Shown in pieces: positions 59,486 to 64,000 of a stretch of DNA of 64,000 nt. This DNA comes from Candidatus Bathyarchaeia archaeon (GTDB lineage Archaea > Thermoproteota > Bathyarchaeia > Bathyarchaeales > Bathycorpusculaceae): NCBI GenBank assembly GCA_050010755.1, contig JBEKKK010000001.1, forward strand, positions 32,001 to 96,000, written 5' to 3'. Numbering within the stretch: position 1 is the first letter of the stretch; each line of letters opens with the position of its first letter. Both the position numbers and the translations under genes were made by a program. The notes beneath the pieces were generated by a model that had not been told where the DNA came from, did no database searches, and saw only the letters and a program-made list of their open reading frames with translations.

Positions 59486-62284
59486 TTGAATAAAAAAGGT
59501 CAATTTTCAATTATAGCTGCTTTACTGGTAACGGTGATTCTCGTATCAACCGTCATGATAACGTACACAATGATACTTAACAATTCGATACAGGTTCAAC
59601 CTCAAGTCTTAACCGCCATCGATGAAACCAACTTTGCCCTCAAAGAATTGCTGGGTTTCAGCGTGGGCTATTACGGTTCAGTCATCCGAGTCACCGGAGA
59701 CAGTTCATTTGCCAATCAGAGTACGCTGAACTACACTACTAGCGGACTGGAATACATTGCAAACACTCACCCAGACTGGGGAGCAGGGTTCAGCCTTACA
59801 AACCTCACCATCCAAACATACTGGTTCAATAACGTCAGTTACAGCACAGGATATCTCGACGTGACTTATAATCTGACAAAACTTGGAATTGATGAAGTGC
59901 AGTACGCGCCCTCATGCGGACTGACGGTGCAGATCGCAAACACAACACTAACCAATCAAACGAGCCTAGTCGTGACCGAAGATCAAAATGAACCCGTGAC
60001 AGATCTCGGAGAACAAAACTTCCAATTTTTCCAGTACGAAACCTCAAACTCGACCTGGGCATTAGTCTCTCCAAGCACGAGCCCAACAACCTACACAAAC
60101 GGCACATACCAGATTCAACCGCCAACGGGGATAGACGCCAACTCATACGTCGTTCAAGTAACGGATCAGAGAGGCATAATCGTAGTGGCCTCACCGTATT
60201 CCTCGTATAACATAAACATGACTTGGCCCACCCTCTCAACAACCGTATCATCAGCGAATTACTATGTGAACAACAACGCCTCACACGTAGATCCCAACGA
60301 TTTGAACTGGGGATTTGAGTCGAACTTCACAGCTCAGCAATATGGTCCAGACAAAATAAACGACACTCTGACCGAAGCCAATTCAGTCAGCCCTATTCCA
60401 GAGGCCTACGTCTACTGCAACAATTACGCGTCATCATGGACAAACCCGACCAACGCGTATGACAACAACACGTCCACGCGCGCTCAGAGCAATAGTGCAT
60501 CGTCTGGAGCGAATACCACGACTCTTGTACTGAATTTAACCGGCGTGGTTATCGGAACTAAAATTCAGTTTTGGGTTGGGCAGGGCGGTAGTGGCAGTGA
60601 TTATACGACAATGTACATCGACGTAGCCAATCAAACAGGAAGCTGGTTAAACGTGTTTCATGCACCTCCAACAGAGGGAAGTTATCAGAATGCAACTTTT
60701 CCAAGTGTTTCCTACACGGCGATGAGGTTTTACAGGTATCGAAACAGCGGAAACGGCAATACACAATTTTACGTTTACGAAGCTCAGGCTGTAAACGCTA
60801 CATGGACTCCCCCTGCCAATTATCGCCTTGACTTAGAAGAGCAATGGACCAACGTCAATTACGGAGCAAGTAACGAGAGTTTGGACATTTTCACGGGACC
60901 GTTTTCCGGTCCAGCAGAAACTCTGTCTGTCCAATGCTGGAATACCGCTAGCAGCTCCTGGTCAACGGTCATCTCGAGTTTGAATGCCAATAGTTGGAAT
61001 AATGTCTCAGTCACCACATACCTCACAGGTTCTACATTTACGATTAGATTCTTGGACGGAACTCAGACGGGAGATTCGGTGCAAAACAGTTGGCAGATAG
61101 ATGCAGCTCTCCTCTTCCTTAATGGTACAGTTCAGCTTGTTCCGTCGTCCAATCCTATTACGATTGAGCTACTGCAAAATGGCACTATGCGGTGGCTTGG
61201 ACAAAGTCTGCAGATGACAACTCAGGCCATGCCCATCCCGCCGCTCCCCGTCAAATCGATACATGTGAACCAGACTATAAACGGGGTCGCGTCTGAAGTA
61301 CCGTTCCAAATAGAAGACTGGGCTTCGAATTATCTGATACCGTTGGGCCTTACCAGTAACTTAAGCGTCTTCAACGATGGAAACATGATTGTTTTTCTCG
61401 CGAACAGTAACGTTTCAAGAGTCACTGTATGGTGGAACGGAAGCGACACCGCTACTCAAACGCCCTATGCCTTCGTGGACAGATACTTTACCGGAGACAA
61501 TCCTGGCGCAGGAACGCTGACAAACGGCATGCTAACTCTTCAGTTTAATGGAAACTTTCAGTTAACCTCTTCTAACGGGACCGAATCGTGTACTGCCATT
61601 TTCATGCGAATAAACAATCAATGGAGCACCTATGGGGCTAGCCCGGCATACATAATCACGTTTGGAGTTGTAAGAGATATAGTTCAGCAAGAAGCCGAAT
61701 GGAGTAACGGCGTCCCGAACTCTCCAAACCTCTATTCTCACATAGTCATAACTTTGCCGGCGAACGCCACCTATTACACCTATGAACTGAGGGTTTTGTT
61801 CGTGCAATCACCACAGAGCAGAAACATCACAGATCTGTGCCCAATCGAACTGCAAACCTCAACCACCCTAACCCAAACCGAAAACGGAACGGCAAACGGG
61901 TTCCCAATAGTCTCAACGGCAACGGGCACGTTCTTCAACCAATCGACAGCCTCAGCGCATCATTGGAGCCAACTCAGTTCAGGAACAAATGGAGCAGGAA
62001 TAATGTTCACAGACACAGGAAACAATGAACTCTACTGCTTTGACAGTATGGCCGGAACGCAGACTGGAGGTCTCAGAGTAAACTCGGCGGCAGGAACGAT
62101 TGAACTGCTTCCAGTAGAGATGGCCCCAGTAGGCTTCACCTACGCACTGAACACAATTTGGTGCGGGGCAGTATCCACATTCAGCAACACTACGCCAATC
62201 TATCAAATAGCAAGCGGCCAAGTCAGCGGCTCTTGGACCAGCGTCGAATACCAACCAACTGCAACAGTATACACAGGAGATTAA
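59486..62284 (+). CDS. Very large pilin-like/adhesin protein with class III signal peptide
   Basis: MNKKG|QFSIIAALLV; 932 aa, beta-rich, many sequons. Confidence 0.75.
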   Translation: MNKKGQFSIIAALLVTVILVSTVMITYTMILNNSIQVQPQVLTAIDETNFALKELLGFSVGYYGSVIRVTGDSSFANQSTLNYTTSGLEYIANTHPDWGAGFSLTNLTIQTYWFNNVSYSTGYLDVTYNLTKLGIDEVQYAPSCGLTVQIANTTLTNQTSLVVTEDQNEPVTDLGEQNFQFFQYETSNSTWALVSPSTSPTTYTNGTYQIQPPTGIDANSYVVQVTDQRGIIVVASPYSSYNINMTWPTLSTTVSSANYYVNNNASHVDPNDLNWGFESNFTAQQYGPDKINDTLTEANSVSPIPEAYVYCNNYASSWTNPTNAYDNNTSTRAQSNSASSGANTTTLVLNLTGVVIGTKIQFWVGQGGSGSDYTTMYIDVANQTGSWLNVFHAPPTEGSYQNATFPSVSYTAMRFYRYRNSGNGNTQFYVYEAQAVNATWTPPANYRLDLEEQWTNVNYGASNESLDIFTGPFSGPAETLSVQCWNTASSSWSTVISSLNANSWNNVSVTTYLTGSTFTIRFLDGTQTGDSVQNSWQIDAALLFLNGTVQLVPSSNPITIELLQNGTMRWLGQSLQMTTQAMPIPPLPVKSIHVNQTINGVASEVPFQIEDWASNYLIPLGLTSNLSVFNDGNMIVFLANSNVSRVTVWWNGSDTATQTPYAFVDRYFTGDNPGAGTLTNGMLTLQFNGNFQLTSSNGTESCTAIFMRINNQWSTYGASPAYIITFGVVRDIVQQEAEWSNGVPNSPNLYSHIVITLPANATYYTYELRVLFVQSPQSRNITDLCPIELQTSTTLTQTENGTANGFPIVSTATGTFFNQSTASAHHWSQLSSGTNGAGIMFTDTGNNELYCFDSMAGTQTGGLRVNSAAGTIELLPVEMAPVGFTYALNTIWCGAVSTFSNTTPIYQIASGQVSGSWTSVEYQPTATVYTGD

Positions 62285-62467
62285 GGGATTCTGTCAGAGT
62301 GTGACCTGCATCGTGAACTGTAATAGGAGTAATGATATGATAGAGGCTTTGGAAAGTTTGCCATTGTCTAACTAGTCCCCGTCGAGCAGTGTATATTGAT
62401 CAGAAATGCAGATTGAGGGTTCATACGTGTTAAATAACGAAATTGAGTCTTCCTTAAACAACAGAAG

Positions 62468-62905
62468 GTGAATAATCTGATACGTAAACTATCCAAATCC
62501 AAGAAGGGCATTTCGCCGATACTGGCAACGCTACTGCTGGTTGTAATCGCCGTGGCGGCCATCGTGGTCACCTACGCCTGGGTTATGACTTATACAGGTC
62601 ATTTGACGGGACAAGCAGGTGTTGTTCTCTACGAAGCAAACGTGAACTTCTACGGAAGCGGGTCAACGATAGACATTGACGTAGGAAATTCGGGAACTTC
62701 AGGCACCACGATAATTCAGGTTTACGTTGGAACATCAGCGTCAACAATGGAAAACCAGACGATTACTCCCATATCGCTCGCGGCGGGTTCTGTCCAGAGA
62801 ATAACGGTATCCTATTCTTGGCAAGCTGGAACAACATACTATTTCAAGGTGATATCGTCAAGTGGCCAAAGCCTGCCATGGAGTACAACAGCTCAGATAT
62901 CCTAG
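62468..62905 (+). CDS. Archaeal type IV pilin (likely major pilin)
   Basis: KKG|ISPILATLLLVVIAVAA; has its own upstream TTAAATA. Confidence 0.9.
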   Translation: MNNLIRKLSKSKKGISPILATLLLVVIAVAAIVVTYAWVMTYTGHLTGQAGVVLYEANVNFYGSGSTIDIDVGNSGTSGTTIIQVYVGTSASTMENQTITPISLAAGSVQRITVSYSWQAGTTYYFKVISSSGQSLPWSTTAQIS

Positions 62906-63015
62906 AAAACCCCTTTTTTAAAGTTCATCCGAATAATCTTAGCACGCGTGCCTCGAGCCAATGTGGAAAGATAATTAAGCAGAGAAGATAATTCGGAACT
63001 TCTGACGGTGTCACT

Positions 63016-63840
63016 TTGCAGTTTCCTTCGCAGACCCTGTTGGAGTTGGCAAGGACAATACTGGCCTTGGCCTTTCTTTTCTATGCTTCATGGAGCGACA
63101 ACGAAACACGAGAGGTAAGTAACACCGTTTGGATGGTTTTCGCTCCGCTCGCCTTCGTGCTCACTTTTGCCGAGGTTTACTTTTACCAGTTTTCCCAGTG
63201 GCCCCTCTATGGGATTTGCTTCGGCTTCACTGCCATGTTTGCCATCGTGATTTTTTACGCTGGAGGCTTCGGGGGAGCCGACGCAAAAGCACTTATGTGT
63301 CTGGCACTCGTGTTACCGTTCTTTCCAACGAGCCTGCTAACTCCCCTATACGGAGTTTCGCCCACCCAGCAGATACTCTTTCCTCTGAGTATTTTCAGCA
63401 ACTCCGTTTTGCTGGCGGCTCTCATGACGTTTGTTATGCTCGGGTACAACGTCGCTTGGCGTTTAAGAACAGGCAGAGAATTGTTTGAAGGATACTACGA
63501 GAACGGGTCCGTCGGCAGGAAGATTCTGGTCTTGATAACTGGTTATAGAGCTCCCATTCAGAAATTGAAGGACAAATGGCACGTTTATCCTCTTGAGGAT
63601 GCACACGAGGATTCTGAAAACAACATCGAGAGAAAACTGATCGCTATGCCAAAGGACGAGGGCAGAGACGGCGTCGTTCAGAGGCTTGATGAGGCTATCA
63701 AGGATGGAAAAATCCAAGACGGCATTTGGGCATCTCCAGGCCTGCCCTTCCTAATTTTCATCACGGCGGGTTTAGTCCTCGCGCTATTCGTTGGCGATAT
63801 CGTGTGGCTTTGCATAACACGCCTAATGGCACTCATTTAG
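63016..63840 (+). CDS. Prepilin/prearchaellin peptidase (A24, FlaK/PibD family)
   Basis: ASWSD...REV, GGADAK, C-terminal PGLPFLIFI. Confidence 0.92.
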   Translation: MQFPSQTLLELARTILALAFLFYASWSDNETREVSNTVWMVFAPLAFVLTFAEVYFYQFSQWPLYGICFGFTAMFAIVIFYAGGFGGADAKALMCLALVLPFFPTSLLTPLYGVSPTQQILFPLSIFSNSVLLAALMTFVMLGYNVAWRLRTGRELFEGYYENGSVGRKILVLITGYRAPIQKLKDKWHVYPLEDAHEDSENNIERKLIAMPKDEGRDGVVQRLDEAIKDGKIQDGIWASPGLPFLIFITAGLVLALFVGDIVWLCITRLMALI

Positions 63841-64000
63841 CAGCTATTTTGAACACATCTTTTTCAGAGAAGAAATCAGGACTAAACGTGTTTTCTGTGC
63901 TTAGTTTTTTAAGAGCAGAAATGGTTGTTATCTTGTCTCTTAGCTGTTTGCGAGGTCTGAGATTGCGGTTGTTTGGCAGCTCTGGAGTGCGCGGTTTAGC

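Noticed and set aside
548-63717. Numerous antisense and nested ORFs in the track (e.g. 548-958, 28164-28739, 52019-52768)
   Set aside because: They are shadows of well-supported genes on the other strand or frame, with no independent motifs.
52334-63840. Archaellum operon
   Set aside because: No FlaH, FlaF/G or archaellin-type N-termini; it is a non-archaellum type IV pilus.

Overview
This is an archaeal chromosomal segment, most consistent with Bathyarchaeia or a related TACK lineage. That assignment is inferred from eL13/eL15, Rpp14/Rpp30, non-canonical tRNA introns, HdrA-MvhD fusions, CofE and frequent TTG starts. In order, it holds: a heterodimeric ABC exporter; a ZnuABC-type metal importer with a divergent Fur/Zur gene and twin operators; tRNA-Phe and tRNA-Val, both with non-canonical introns; and a tandem DUF72 pair, one copy ending in a PIP box. 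A ~13 kb redox locus follows (MenA-like prenyltransferase, long-chain polyprenyl synthase, ArsR-V4R regulator, DoxX-like protein, HdrB, HdrC, HdrA with a Cys-less MvhD domain, MenG-like methyltransferase, proline dehydrogenase, second HdrA-MvhD), whose promoters share an AT-rich motif. After that come an MFS transporter, an RNase P protein/ribosomal protein operon with a structured leader, a geranylgeranyl reductase and an S2P protease. The last part is a surface-glycosylation island beside a probable S-layer gene, cofE, and a type IV pilus locus with large minor pilins. The best candidate for an undescribed system is the quinone-assembly/Hdr/proline dehydrogenase locus. All family calls come from motifs read by eye, not from database searches.
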